64,000 nt of DNA from the NCBI RefSeq assembly GCF_963921235.1, contig NC_086118.1:23438001-23502000 (forward strand), given 5' to 3'. How positions within the stretch are numbered: the first letter of the stretch is position 1; the number at the start of each line of letters is the position of its first letter. The notes beneath the pieces are model-generated. The model was not told the origin of the DNA. It did no database searches and saw only the letters and a list, made by a program, of their open reading frames with translations. The position numbers and the translations under genes were made by a program. This DNA comes from Mobula hypostoma. Lineage: Eukaryota. Of the stretch, positions 12,631 to 26,000 are shown piece by piece.

Positions 12631-14849
12631 CTAAAAGTCTGCTTTTTTTTATGGTTAAATCTGACTTCCTTTCACATGGAAGGAAATTCGGACCAGGCAG
12701 TAACTTTTTAGCCATGCTTGCCCACCAACTTGATTATTTTATAAAATTTCCTCCTTATGACAGAAAGTTTGCTGCATTGCTTTCATTTATTTCATTAATT
12801 AATGGCTCCTCTTTTTTAGTTTGTTATTTCTTTCCATCGTATTGCTGGAGGAAAGACTAAAGGACAAAATAATTATTGCACTGAGGTTTTAATCAACTAT
12901 TTTATCAAAATAAATTTCTTTGTTTGACGCACATTCTATACTCTTCTTTACATCTGTGGAGATCAGCCCCTGTACAATCAGTCTGTCTTCCAGACATGTT
13001 ACTTGCAGAATTTTGTGACGGAACGATGGCATGTGAAAGAAATTAAGTATTTAGCACAACCTAACGTCAGATCTAAATAGTCAGACAATCCAAGGTCATT
13101 GGCTGTCAGCTGAAGTGCCAACAGAGGTTGTCACATAGCAGATAGGAACTGGTGGATAAGTGAGAATATAGCTCAACTATTATTTTGGATACTTGACTTA
13201 AACAAGGTTAGAGTAAATGTTGAATTACTGATGACCCCTGGGCCCTGTGAGCCTGAACAGTATTTGGATGTTCGCTGTGCTTTCAGATTATTGTCGGCCT
13301 ATTCCATTCAGTGATAATGCATCATCTGCAAAGTGAGATCAGGCATATTTAAACCAAATAGACAGACCACCCAGTAAAAATCACACCCACCCCAAACCCT
13401 TGAGTATAGAAGAAAAATAGTTAGCTGACTGCGAGAGAATGCTTGATCATTTTGATCATTTCTTTCAACTTTTTAAAAAAAAATATAGAATAAACTTTTT
13501 AATGAGTTAGTGTCAGTACAGAAAATTTCTGTTCTTCACTTTGGACGTAGTTGAGTCAAAATGGAAGCAGCAAATTAATCATTAATTGAAAAAAGCATAG
13601 GGAGTACAAAATTATTACATAAACATGTTTGCCAATGTGTGTCTTGTATTACTTTGTTTAAAATGAATGCTAAAATATCCTCCAGTACAGCTCACGCAGG
13701 ATTTTATTGAAACCTGATACCACACACTGCAAACAGATTGAGGTGTGTTCTCCAGCAGATTTCATTTTGATATGAGAATTGTGCTAAGAAGTTGGGAAAC
13801 AGATTTAGAAATGGAATAATGAGTTTACAGCCTTGGGCTCTTCCAGAGAATAACCTACAGCATTTCACATTTTTGACAGAGCAGAACAAAATAAACAGTT
13901 ACAGTGTAATGTTTCATTGTTTATCTCTGTATCCCTACACTTCTGTTACATCCTGGATAAGAAGATGAATATACATTATTGCACTACTTAGAACTAAATC
14001 TCTCTAACAAATGCTCACTGGGCAAAATCCTGTCCAATCCAATAAATACTACAGAAGTCTCTGAAAAAGGATCAGAAGGGAATGTGATTTGAGAACAGAA
14101 CCAACTGACTTAAGACATATCATTTTATCATGAATATTTACATTTCACCTAGTATGATAATTTATTTTCTTTCTGTTTTATTTCTGAATCAACCAAATGC
14201 TATTTTTTCACTTATTTTTATGGTTTCCTTCGAGATCTGGAATTTGAAGCTTTTTGGACTTACATATATTTATTTTTTGTTGTTCATGATCTGTCTACTG
14301 TGATGTCAGCTGTATCCTGGGCTGTTGTGAAAGTAGGTAGCAAGTGAGTACCCTCCACTGGTAATTAACAGTATTATAAAAACAGAAGTTATTTTCTTTT
14401 TCTGATACAATGAATACCGTTCAGCTTAGGGTCAGCTAATGAAAACACTCATTTTCTTGATCCAGCTGAGAATTCCAATCTTGACACTCTGGCATATTTA
14501 TACAACCTCTGGCCAGTGAAGTGAAGTCATTGCTTAATATCAGGAGAGCTGAAGCTCTGACTCTAGGGAGGATGGACCATGAGATGGTCCATGAGACTGT
14601 ACATGGATGAGCGTCTTTAAGTATACCTTTTAGCATGTTTGTCTGTGTCTGAAGCATTACCAAAGTTATGGGGCCTTGTTGGGTTACCTTTGGTTTTTAA
14701 AAAGTTATATTTGTAGTATCAAAATTAAATCGAAGATCCCCAAACTGCATGGAATCACATTCTTCATATTGATCGTGTGAATATGACAATTCTACACTGG
14801 AGTCTTCTTTTAGTTCTTTCCTATTTTGTGCTTTCTTCATCCATTTTCA

Positions 14850-15100
14850 AATGGGATGTTAAACCCAGTAACTCATCTGTCTTCTCAAATAGAGGGCATT
14901 TCAGACTCCTTTATTTTTCAGGAAGTCTTCCAGCATCCGTCCCTTAAACTAACACACTGTGTTATCCCTCAACCCTTTCTGGGATCTCAGTGGGCATAAA
15001 TTAACTGCTGCCTTCTCTAACTCTTTGCAAAGCTTTTCACTGGCTGTGAAGTTTGTGGGAACGTTCTGATATCAGGAAAGCTTCTGAATAAATGAAACCC
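14850..15100 (+). mobile_element. Ancient Deu-domain SINE, degenerate
   Basis: gatgttaaaccc...tctgggatctcagtgggcataaattaactgctgcc...ttcactggctgtgaag follows the order of motifs in Deu-SINEs. Confidence 0.5.
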
Positions 15101-15939
15101 TTTGTTACTTTATGAATTCCAAAACTAACAATGTTAATTCTCTCTACAGTTAACACAGAAATGGGGAAGTTTGACAGAATAAAATGATCCATTAAAATGA
15201 CACCCTCCGTGTGATCACTGCATGCAAATACATCTGAAGACAAAGCAAATTGAAATGATGCTTAATAAGAACTTGATAGAATTTGGTTTCCATATGAGTT
15301 AAAGAGCTTTTTGTGAAGTATGCAGTCTGACAAATGGCAAGCAGATTTGAAGTTTTCTCAAAAGGTCAATTGGCTTTTGCAGATGAATGAGACCATATTT
15401 TTAGTTTAGGATTAAATTAAATGCAGACATTCATTTCAACTATACATCTGGTAGTTCCGAGATTATGCATGCAACCTACTGTCCTTGTGCAAGAATCAAT
15501 ATTTACAGATGATAAACAAAAGTTTAGAATTGAGATGCTGATGCCTTGTGAAATGTTGAAGAACATGCAGTTTCCCAAGGAAAGGAATATACATGAATGG
15601 AATAAATGTGTCACTTCTATCTTGTAACATTTTATAACATTGGCCATATATTTGAGTGCACCAACCCCTTCTGTCTTCTAACAATGTGATGTGCTTAAAA
15701 TTAACATTTTGAACTATGACATTTTTTAAAATACCCTTTGTTCTTTTGTCTATTACATCCTGTTCATAGGCAGAAAAACAAAAAGGATATTAAAAGAATG
15801 ACATTCCAATGCAAAAGAAAATTAGTTACATAATTTTAAGATAGAAAGAATCTGCACAATTAATAGTCAAACATTGACCATTGATTTCAACTCCATAAAT
15901 ACTGCCTGATCTGCTTTGTTCCTCCATGAAATTTGTTGA

Positions 15940-16045
15940 AGCAAGCAGTCATAGGGTGAACATGCAAATTCCCTGAAACAGCAGCTAAGTTTTAACTTTG
16001 TACCTGGGTTCCTGGAACTACGAGGCAGCATCTCCATCTGCATTA
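15940..16045 (-). mobile_element. tRNA-derived V-SINE (HE1-like) fragment
   Basis: cagtcatagggtgaacatgcaaattcc...acctgggttcctggaactacgaggcagc resembles the reverse complement of the HE1-type head. Confidence 0.5.
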
Positions 16046-16294
16046 ATTGCTGTATTGCTGTGCCTTCCTCTAGTGCTTTTGCTCTGCAAGATTAATTGTA
16101 TGCATTCTACTATCTCATCAATTGCTGCAGTCAACCAAGCATCTTCTGAGAACTTCCTAAGGTCGCACCCCTTCTTTCAATATGAGACACATTGTTCTGA
16201 CGTCACATAATCTGGGCTGTGGTTTGTAATGAGCTACACACATCAAAGTTGCTGGTGAACGCAGCAGGCCAGGCAGCATCTATAGGAAGAGGCG

Positions 16295-16336
16295 CAGTCG
16301 ACATTTCAGGCCGAGACCCTTCGTCAGGACTAACTG
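16295..16336 (-). ncRNA. Minimal hammerhead ribozyme motif (PLE-associated), helix III palindrome mutated
   Basis: Minus strand reads AGTC-CTGACGA-AGGGTCTCGGCCT-GAAA-TG-TC-GACT. Confidence 0.7.
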
Positions 16337-17014
16337 AAGGAAGAGTGAGTAAGGGATATGAAAGTTGGAGGGGGAGGGGGAGATCCAAAATGATAGGAGA
16401 AGACAGGAGGGGGAGGGATGGAGCCAAGAGCTGGACAGGTGATAGGCAAAAGGGATACGAGAGGATCATGGGACAGGAGGTCCGGGAAGAAAGACGGGGG
16501 GGGGTGGGGGACCCAAAGGATGGGCAAGGGGTATATTCAGAGGGACAGAGGGAGAAAAAGGAGAGTGAGAGAAAGAATGTGTGCATAAAAATAAATAACA
16601 GATGGGGTACAAAAGGGAGGTGGGGCATTAGCTGAAGTTAGAGAAATGATACTTATCTGTTACTTATTTTTATATCGTACCCCATCTGTTACTTATTTTT
16701 ATATTCTCTAACTTCCGCTAATGCCCCACCTCCCCCTCGTACCCCATCTGTTGCTTATTTTTATACACACATTCTTTCTCTCACTCTCCTTTTTCTCCCT
16801 CTGTCCCTCTGAATATACCCCTTGCCCATCCTCTGGATCCCGCCCCCCTTGTCTTTCTTCCCGGACCTCCTGTCCCATGATCCTCTCGTATCCCTTTTGC
16901 CAATCACCTGTCCAGCTCTTGGCTCCGTCCCTCCCCCTCCTGTCTTCTCCTATCATTTTGGATCTCCCCCTCCCCCTCCAACTTTCATATCCCTTACTCA
17001 CTCTTCCTTCAGTT

Positions 17015-17050
17015 AGTCCTGACGAAGGGTCTCGGCCTGAAACGTCGACT
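17015..17050 (+). ncRNA. Minimal type I hammerhead ribozyme motif (PLE-associated), core intact
   Basis: AGTC-CTGACGA-AGGGTCTCGGCCT-GAAA-CG-TC-GACT: stem I AGTC/GACT, CUGANGA and GAAA boxes, palindromic ACGT in place of helix III. Predicted cleavage after 17046. Confidence 0.85.
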
Positions 17051-18049
17051 GCACCTCTTCCTAGAGATGCTGCCTGGCCTGCTGCGTTCACCAGCAACTT
17101 TTATGTGTGTTGCTTGAATTTCCAGCATCTGCAGAATTCCTGTTGTTTGTAATGAGCTACTGTCTTCTGCTACAGTATATCTGGTGTGGACCTCACCTTT
17201 ACCTTGTCCACAACATTTAACTGTGGCAGGTCTCTGAGCACCTCTATTCAGAAGTATTCCGGTCTTCTTTTAAGCATCTCCAGTTGGCCTCATACACTTC
17301 TTACACACTTCTATTTCGACCAACCTTTCTGTTGTTGAGATAGAGCTGTAGTTTGGCTATTCATGAATATGCATGAGCCTGATTGTCACCCCATGGTAGT
17401 GCATTGTAGAAAGCCAGAATAATCAAATGAAGTCGTAACTGGAAAGGATTGTCCTTCATCATTTCCAAGGCCACCCTCATAGCATTTCCTACCATTTTGA
17501 TGTTCTATAGGAAGGCAGGAAATGCTGCCTGGTGGTTGAAGTCATTTCAGAACATCACAAAGTTGTCTGCTCTGAACTGTGGCCAATTATTCATAATCAG
17601 AAACTCAGAGATGATGCCCCTAACAAGCTGTCCTTTGAGTTTGTGAATGAGAAGTACTTTTTAAGAAATCTATCTCCAAAAATCTTAAAAATACTTACCT
17701 TTCATCAGACGTATTTTCTTATCGATGTGATAGAGATTTGATCTGACACTTTCTCAAGGTCCTGGTGACAGATAAACATTTCCTTTAGTTGGCTCCCACT
17801 CTGGAGATTTGTGGGTCTTACATTTCTGCATGATTCCTGTGCTCTCCATTCATCCTTAACCAGTAGATACATTCTCCCGCTCAGTGGAGACAACTATTCA
17901 GGGAAATATAGCTTGCCTCTACCATTTCATTTTCAGCACTTTAGCCTGAGGACTTCACCATCCACTGCATGGACAGCACGGTGGAGTCTTTTGAAGTTGG
18001 AGGGAGGGTGGGGAGTTGTGGTTGAGGGAATTTACCCCTGACATCCTGG

Positions 18050-21000
18050 TAGCTGGGTACATTCCACCCCTGGCCCAAGTCAGGCAGACATGGTGGGAAC
18101 AGAGTGCTGTGATCAGCAGTCACAAAACAGCGCAACTTCCTGATCTCTGCGGGGGATTTCAACCAGTTCAGTGAAGAAGTCCCTGAAAAACGATGATCAA
18201 CATATCACCCATAGAATCAGAGGAGCCAACCAACTTGACCACTGTTATACTACCATCAAAAACACTTACTTGGCTATCTCATGTCTGCCCTTCTGTAAGA
18301 ATGATCACCAAGTATATTAATATTTCCAGCATACAGGCAGAGACTGAAGACTGCAGCTCCAGTAGTGAGCCATGAGGTATGGTCAAGGAAAGTGAGGGAC
18401 TACTTACAGGAATGTCTTTAATCAGTTGGCTGGACAGTATTCAGGGATTCATCCTTGAATTTGAGTGAATATGCCACAGTTATCACTGCCATCATGAAGA
18501 CCTCTGTAGGTGAGTGTGTGCCTTCAAGAACATGCCGGGCATACCCAAACCAAGACCTGTGAATAAACTAGGAGATTCATAGTCTGCTGAGGGCTGGAAC
18601 TGAGGCATTCAAGACTAAAGATCCAGACAACGCAAGAAGTCCAGGTGCAATCTACTGAAGGCTATTTTAAGAGCAAGAAAACAATTCTATTTGAAGCTAG
18701 GAAAGGAATCAGATGCACATCTGCTCTTGCAGACTTTGCAAGCCATTACTTCCTACAAGGTGAAACCTAACATCATGGATGGCTATGATGCTTCACTCCC
18801 AGATCAGCTCAGCGCCTTTTATGCATGCTTTGAAAGGGAGAGTAAAACGGCACTGGCAGCCCTGTGATCTCTGTCTTGGAGGCTGACATTGGAACATCTT
18901 TCAAGAGGGTGAACCAGTGAAGGGGCTCTGAAAACCCATGCCAACCAAATGACGGTAATGTTCAGGGACACCTTCAGTCTCTCAGCGCAGAGGTCGGACG
19001 TTACCATCTGCTTCAATCATATCAATGCCCAGGAAAAGCAGGGTGAGCTGCCACAGTGGTATTTCCCCAGTTGCACTCGTATCTTCTATGACGAAGCACT
19101 TTGAGAAGTTGGTCAAGTCCAGAATTAATTCCTGTCTAAGCAAGGACCTGGACCCACCGCAATTTGCCAATTGCCACAATAGCTCTACAGTGGATGCAAT
19201 CTCACTGGCTCTCCTCTTGGCTTTGAACCACCTGTTTTTTTTGATTACAGCTCAGCTTTCAACACCATCATACCCTCAGTATTAATCAACAAGCTTTAAA
19301 ACGTGGGCCCTTTTACCTCCCTCTGCAACTGGATCCTTGACTTCCTCATCAGGAAGAATAGAATAATATAGAAATAATATCTCCTCCTCACTCACAATCA
19401 ACACAAGCACACTTCAAGGATGCCTGCTTATCCCACTGCTCCGCTCTCTCTACATCCATGACAGTGTGCCCAGGCACAGCTGAAATGCCTTCTGTAATTT
19501 TGCCGATGACATTGCTGTTGTTGTCAGAATTTCAGACAGTGATGAGGAGGCCGACAGGATTGAGTTAGTCTGCTGGTTGAGAGATGTCGCAACAACAACC
19601 TTGCACTCAACATGAGTAAGACTAAGGAATTGACTGTGAACTTCAGGAAGGAGAAGTCAAAGGAAACACACTCCAGTCCTCATTGAGGGGTCAGAAGTGG
19701 AAAGGGTGAGCAGTTTGAAGTTCCTGGGTGTCAGCATCTCTGAAGATCTATCCTGGGCCCAACATATTGATGCGATTACAAAGAAAGCACAACTGTGGCT
19801 ATATTTCTTTAGGAGTTTGAGGAGATTTGGTATGCCACCAAAGACTCTAGCAAATTTCTACAGATGTACCATGGAGAGCATTCTATCTGAGTACATCACC
19901 GTCTGACATAATGGGGTGACTGCACAGGACTGGAAAAAGTTGCAGAGGGTTGCAAACTCAGCCAGCTCTATCAAAGGCACTAGCCTCTCCAGCATCAAGG
20001 ACATCTTCAAAAGGCGGTGGCTCAACAAGGTGCATCCATCACTAAGGATCCCCATCACCCAGGACATGCCCTCTTCCCATTGCTACCATCAGGGAGGAGA
20101 TACAGGAGCCTGAAGACACACACTCAATATTTCAGGAACAACTTCTTCCATCTACCATCATATTTTTGAATGGATAATGAATAACCATATAACAATTACA
20201 GCACAGAAACAGGCCATCTCGGCCCTTCTAGTCCGTGCTGAACTCTTACCCTATCCTAGTCCCACCACCCTGCACTCAGCCCATAACCCTCCATTCCTTT
20301 CCTGTCCATATATCTATCCAATTTAACTTTAACTGACAACATCGAACCTGCCTCAACCACTTCTGCTGGAAGCTCGTTCCACACAGCTACCACTCTGAGT
20401 GAAGAAGTTCCCCCTCATCTTACCCCTAAACTTCTGTTCTCTAATTCTCAACTCATGTCCTCTTGTTTGAATCTCCCCCACTCTCAATGGAAAAAATCTA
20501 ACCACGTCAACTCTATCAATCCCCCTCATAATTTTAAATACCTCTATCAAGTCCCCCCTCAACCTTCTACGCTCCAAAGAATAAAGACCTAACTTGTTCA
20601 ACCTTTCTCTGTAACTTAGGAGATGAAACCTCCTCTGTACTCTCTCAATTTTATTGACATCTTTCCTATAATTCCGTGACCAGAACTGTACACAATACTC
20701 TAGATTTGGCCTTACCAATGCCTTGTACAATTTCAACATTACATCCCAACTCCTATGCTCAATGCTCTGATTAATAAGCGCCAGCAAACCAAAAGTTTTC
20801 TTCACCACCCTATCCACACGAGATTCCATCTTCAGGGAACTATGCACCATTATTGCTAGATCCCTCTGTTCTACTGCATTCTTCAATGCCCTACCATTTA
20901 CCATGTATGCCCTATTTTGATTAGTTCTACCAAAATGTAGCACCTCACATTTTTCAGCATTAAACTCCATCGGAATGAACGAATCACCACTGTGTTTTGC

Positions 21001-21172
21001 TCTCTTTTTACACTACCTATTTATTTTTTTAAATATGTGCACACTGTATATTTCTTGTTGTAATTTATAGTTTTTTAAATGTATTGCACTGTACTGTTGC
21101 TTCAGATCAACAAATTTCATGACGTATGCCAATGGTATTAAACTTAATTCTGATTTTGATTCTGATTCTGAT
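18050..21172 (+). mobile_element. Rex1/Babar-type LINE, long degenerate copy, split by a CR1 insertion
   Basis: Endonuclease remnant AGDFNQ (~18148), PVALVSSMTKHFEKLV, FADD (~19498), ERVSSLKFLGV.ISEDLSW, KKLQRVANSA. 3' UTR resumes at about 20974 and ends in (GATTCT)n. Confidence 0.9.
20182..20973 (-). mobile_element. CR1 LINE 3' fragment nested in Rex1-type LINE
   Basis: ORF 20353..20970 MEFNAEKCEVLHFG...LEYCVQFWS...FFTQ. Possible AATGAA duplication at 20176-20181 and 20974-20979. Confidence 0.93.
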
Positions 21173-21399
21173 TCCATTCACTTCCATATTTAAGAAGGGA
21201 AAATATTTTCTCCTGCTCTTCTTTCATAGTCCTGGAATAATTATGGTTTTCTCCTTGGAAGATCAAGCAGAAAATACAGAGGCAGGAAGAATGTACCTTC
21301 ATGTTCAAGGACACAAAGACTACGGTTTTAAGAGTTATTGATTGGTATCCTACAAGGATAAGATGGATTCTGGTCTTCTCAATCTACCACATATGAACT

Positions 21400-21670
21400 T
21401 ATGAGATGATTGCTTATATTGAATCAATATAATATGGCAGAAGACCAAAGCCGGGCTTCCAAGAAGATGAGGAGGGCTGGAGATGGGAGAAGGGGCCATT
21501 GGTGTGGGGTAGGTATTCCTTGTCAAAGAAGTAGGCTGAGGGATGGCTGTAATGGAAGAAGAGTTGGGTGTCGTGACAGGAATGGAACTCACTGAGGTGT
21601 GGACACAGGGGTACAAAGGTAAAGCCTCTGGCGAGGACACAATGTCCCACCTGTTAATAACCAGTACTCC
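21400..21670 (-). mobile_element. Neptune-type Penelope ORF N-terminal remnant
   Basis: ORF 21414..21650 VLARGFTFVPLCPHLSEF...LFF....AYFFDK...PFSHLQPSSSSW resembles the conserved L.KGL.FVP region upstream of PLE RT. Confidence 0.7.
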
Positions 21671-23010
21671 GAGTTGCATCCTATCCCAGCTACTGCACAG
21701 ATCATCGCATCCACTCTATGGACTTTCAATGTCCTTTTCACTATGCATCAGCTCTTGGAATAATTTTCCAAGTGACATTGTTTACTATCTCACAGGCAGA
21801 ACATTTATTTTACATATATTTGTCGACAACGTCGCCGAAAATTTGGACTTTTTATCCCTCTCTGCCCCCACTTCATGGCAAATACTTCTTTCTGTTGGTG
21901 ACCCGACATTGCTAGTTTTGTATTCCATGTTCATGAGTTAAACCTGTCTAACTCCAACATTATTGGATTCCTGTGTTTGACAATCAATCCAACCTGTGAG
22001 CAGATCCTTCAAATATACGTAAGTGCTATTACCTGTCAATGTTCTTTGCTCTGTTACAAGAGTACCAAAGGATTACCCCTGTTTCAGGTTGCATGTAGAA
22101 ACCTGGAAACAGTCAACTGTTTTATTTATGGATGGTTTGTAATGTGTTTGAAATGCATTTAGTGCATTCCCTAGGGGTTCATTTGAAGATGTTCTGCTAT
22201 GGTCCAGTTCTCTGCTTAAGTGACTCCTGAGATACAATAATATCATTATGCTTTTTTTTTTGCTCTGGTTCATCTGTCATAGTCAACTCAGTGTGAATTC
22301 TTTCTTTCACTTTCTCCATTATTTAGGCGGGTTACTTGCCAAGAAAGCCAGTGGCTTGGGTGTCTTTTATTTGTATATTTGCGCTCCATCTCATTCAAAT
22401 CACATAACTTGCTGTCTCTTGATGCATGTCCACATGTTCTCTATTGGGAGGCATCAAGTGTTAAGTACAGTATTTTGATTGAAGGAGGAACATTCAACTT
22501 ACGTAATTTCATTACCTGGTATAACTGAAAGTACCTCTGTTATTCACTCTCCGAGATACTGGAAATAGCTAGCAATTTGAACTAACACAAAATGTTCTTT
22601 ATGCATGCAGCATCTAATGAGGCTAATTGGCATTGTACAGCTGCATTCTTTCCAATAGCTTCCCTCTGTAATGCTCTTCACCAATAACCGTTACAACACA
22701 AGCCAGAGGAGAGTCACAAGAAACAATCCATAAAGGGGTGGTAGTGTTAACAAATTAATTGTTGTCATGGGCTGATGTTATCCATGACACACATGTTACA
22801 AAAGCAGTTGTCCTGAAGTGCTGTTTATCCCAGATACAACACTGTGTATTAATAAAAACTTATCTGCAAATTATTCAGAATGAAAAGTTTATGTGAATTC
22901 CCCTTATCCAAGTATTCCTCAATTAGCATATGCTGGGCAATTACTCATTGACTGGATACAGTAAACATTCTAATGATAGTCACGGAGCCCAGATCAGTTC
23001 GCAAAATTTT

Positions 23011-26000
23011 AACATAGAAACATAGAAAACCTACAGCACAATACAGGCCCTTCAGCCCACAATGCTGTGCCAAACATGTCCTTATCTTAGAAATTACCTA
23101 GGGTTACCCAGAGCCCTCTGTTTTTCTGAGCTCCATATACCTGTCCAGGAGTCTCTTAAAAGACCCTGTTGTATCTGCCTCCACCACCATCGCTGGCAGC
23201 CCATTCCACACACTCACCACTCTCTGTGTAAAAAACTTATCCCTGACATCTCCTCTGTACCTCCTTCCAAGCACCTTAAAACTGTGCCCTCTTGTGCTAG
23301 TCATTCCAGCCCTGGGAAAAAGCCTCTGACTATCCACATGTTTAATGCGTCTCATCATCTTATACACCCCTATCAGGTCACCTCTTATCCTCTGTCTCTC
23401 CAAGGAGAAAGGCCGAGTTCACTCAACCTATTCTCATAAAGCATGCTCCCTAATCTAGGCAATGTCCTTGTAAATCTCCTCTGCACCCTTACTATGGTTT
23501 CCACATCCTTCCTGTAGTGAGGTGACCAGAACTGAGCACAGTACTCCAAGTGGGATCTGACTAGGGTCCTATATAGCTGCAACATTACCTCTTGGCTCCT
23601 AAACTCAATCCCATGATTGATGAAGGCCAATGCACCGTATGCTTTCTTAACCACAGAGTCAACCTGTGTAGCAGCTTTGAGCGTCCTATGGACTCGGACC
23701 CCAAGATCCTTCTGATCCTCCACACTGTCAAGAGTCTTACCATTAATATTATGTTCTGCCATCATATTTAACCTACCAAAATAAACCACCTCACACTTAT
23801 CTGGGTTGAACTCCATCTGCACAGTTTTGCTTCCTATCAATGTCCCACTGTAACCTCGGACAGCCCTCCACACTATCCACAACACTCCCAACCTTTGTGT
23901 CATTAGCAAATTTACTAACCCATCCCTCCACTTCCTCATCCAGGTCATTTAAAAAAATCACAAAGTGTAGGGGTCCCAGAACAGATCCCTGAGGCACACC
24001 ACTGGTCACAGACCTCCATGCAGAATATGACCCGTCTACATCCATCGTTTGCCTTCTGTAGGCAAGCAAGTTCTGGATCCACAAAGCAATGTCCTCCTCG
24101 ATCTCATACCTCCTTACTTTCTCAATAAGCCTTGCATATGATCCATATACACTACATCTACGGCTCTACCCTTATCAGTATGTTTTGTCACATCCTCAAA
24201 AAATTCAATCAGGCTCGTAAGGCACGACCTGCCTTTCACAAAGCCATGGTGACTATTCCTAATCATACTATGCCTCTCTCAAATGTTCATAAATCCTTCC
24301 TCTCAGGATCTTCTCCATCAACCTGACAAGGTCCCGCATGGGAGGTTATTTAGGAAGATTCAGTCACTAGGTATACATGAAGAGATAGTAAATTGAATTA
24401 GACATTAGCTCAATGGAAGAAGCCAGAGAGTGGTGGTGGAGGATTGCTTCACTGAGTGGAGGCCTGTGACTAGTGGTGTGCCACAGGGATCAGTGCTGGG
24501 TCCATTGTTATTTGTCATCCATATCAATGATTTGGATGAAAATATGGTAAATTGGATCAGCAAATTTGCTGATGATACAAAGATTGGAGGTGTAGTGGAC
24601 AGTGAGGAAGGTTTTCAAAGCTTGCAGAGGGATTTGGACCAGCTGGAAAAATGGGCTGAAAAATGGTAAATGGAGTTTAATACAGACAAGTGTGAGGTAT
24701 TGCACTTTGGAAGGACAAACCAACGTAGAACATACAGGGTAAATGGTAGGGCACTGAGGAGTGCAGTAGAACAGAGGGATCTGCGAATACAGATATAAAA
24801 TTCCCTAAAACTGGTGTCACAGGTAGATGGGGTCATAAAGAGAGTTTCTGGTACATTGGCCTTTATAAATCAAAGTATTGAGTATAAGAGTTGGAATGTT
24901 ATTGTGAGGTCGTATAAGGCATTGGTGAGGCCAAAATTGAGGTATCGTGTGCAGTTTTGGTCATCAAATTACAGGAAGGATATTAATAAGGTTGAAAGAG
25001 TGCAGAGAAGGTTTACAAGGACGTTGCCAGGACTTGAGAAACTGAGTTACAGAGAAAGGTTGAATAGGTTAGGACTTTATTCCCTGGAGCGTAGAAGAAT
25101 GAGGGGAGATTTGATAGCGGTATATAAAATTACGATGGGTATAGATAGAGTGAATGCAAGCAGGCTTTTTCCACTGAGGCTAGGGGAGAAAAAAAACAGA
25201 GGACATGGGTTAAGGGTGAAGAGGGAAAAGTTTAAAGGGAATATTATGAGGGGCTTCTTCACACAGAGAGTGGTGGGAGTGTGGAATGAGCTGCCTGAGG
25301 AAGTGGTAAATGCGAGCTCACTTTTAACATTTAAGAAAAACTTGGACAGGTACATGGATGAGAGGTGTATGGAGGGATATGGTCCAGGTGCAGGTCAGTG
25401 GGACGAGCCAAAAAAAATGGTTCGGCACAGCCAAGAAGGGCCAAAAGGCCTGTTTCTGTGCTGTAATGTTCTATGGTTCTATGGTTCTAACTTGCCATCC
25501 ACTGAAGTAAGACTCATTGGTCTATAATTTCCTGGGTTATCTCAACTCCCTTTCTTGTATAAGGGGACAACATCCACAACCCTCCAATCCTCCGGATCCT
25601 CTCCAGTCCCCATTGATGATGCAAAGATCACCGCCAGAGGCTCAGCAATTTCCACCCTCACCTCCCACAGTAGCCTGGGGTACATCTCGTCCGGTCCCGG
25701 TGACTTATCCAACTTGATATTTTCCATAAGCTCCAGCACATCCTCTTTCTTAATATCTACATGCTCAAGTTTTTCAGTCCACTGTAAGCCATCCCTACAA
25801 TCGCCAAGATCCTTTTCCATAGTGAATACTGAAGCAAAGTACTCATTAGGTACATTCGCTATCTCCTCTGGTTCCATACACATTTTTCCACAGTCACACT
25901 TGATTGGTCCTATTCTCTCACGTCTTATCCTCTTGCTCTGCACATACTTGTAGAATGCCTTGGTGTTTTCCTTAATCCTGTCTGCCAAGGCCTGCCAAGG

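Larger units (their letters stand above)
16238..17148. mobile_element. Neptune-type Penelope-like insertion forming an inverted repeat (minus arm 16238-16645, plus arm 16704-17148)
   Basis: The arms are near reverse complements. The plus arm starts TTC TCT AAC TTC CGC TAA (FSNFR*, end of the PLE ORF). GTTTGTAATGAGCTAC is repeated at 16222-16237 and 17145-17160. Confidence 0.93.

Noticed and set aside
16203..17152. Six overlapping ORFs of 64-143 aa on both strands
   Set aside because: They are low-complexity frames through the purine/pyrimidine-skewed Penelope 3' UTR, duplicated by the palindrome; not genes.
17690..17830. Strong minus-strand donor AAG/GTAAGT near 17699
   Set aside because: Frames from the plausible acceptors contain stops; only a 14-codon frame stays open.
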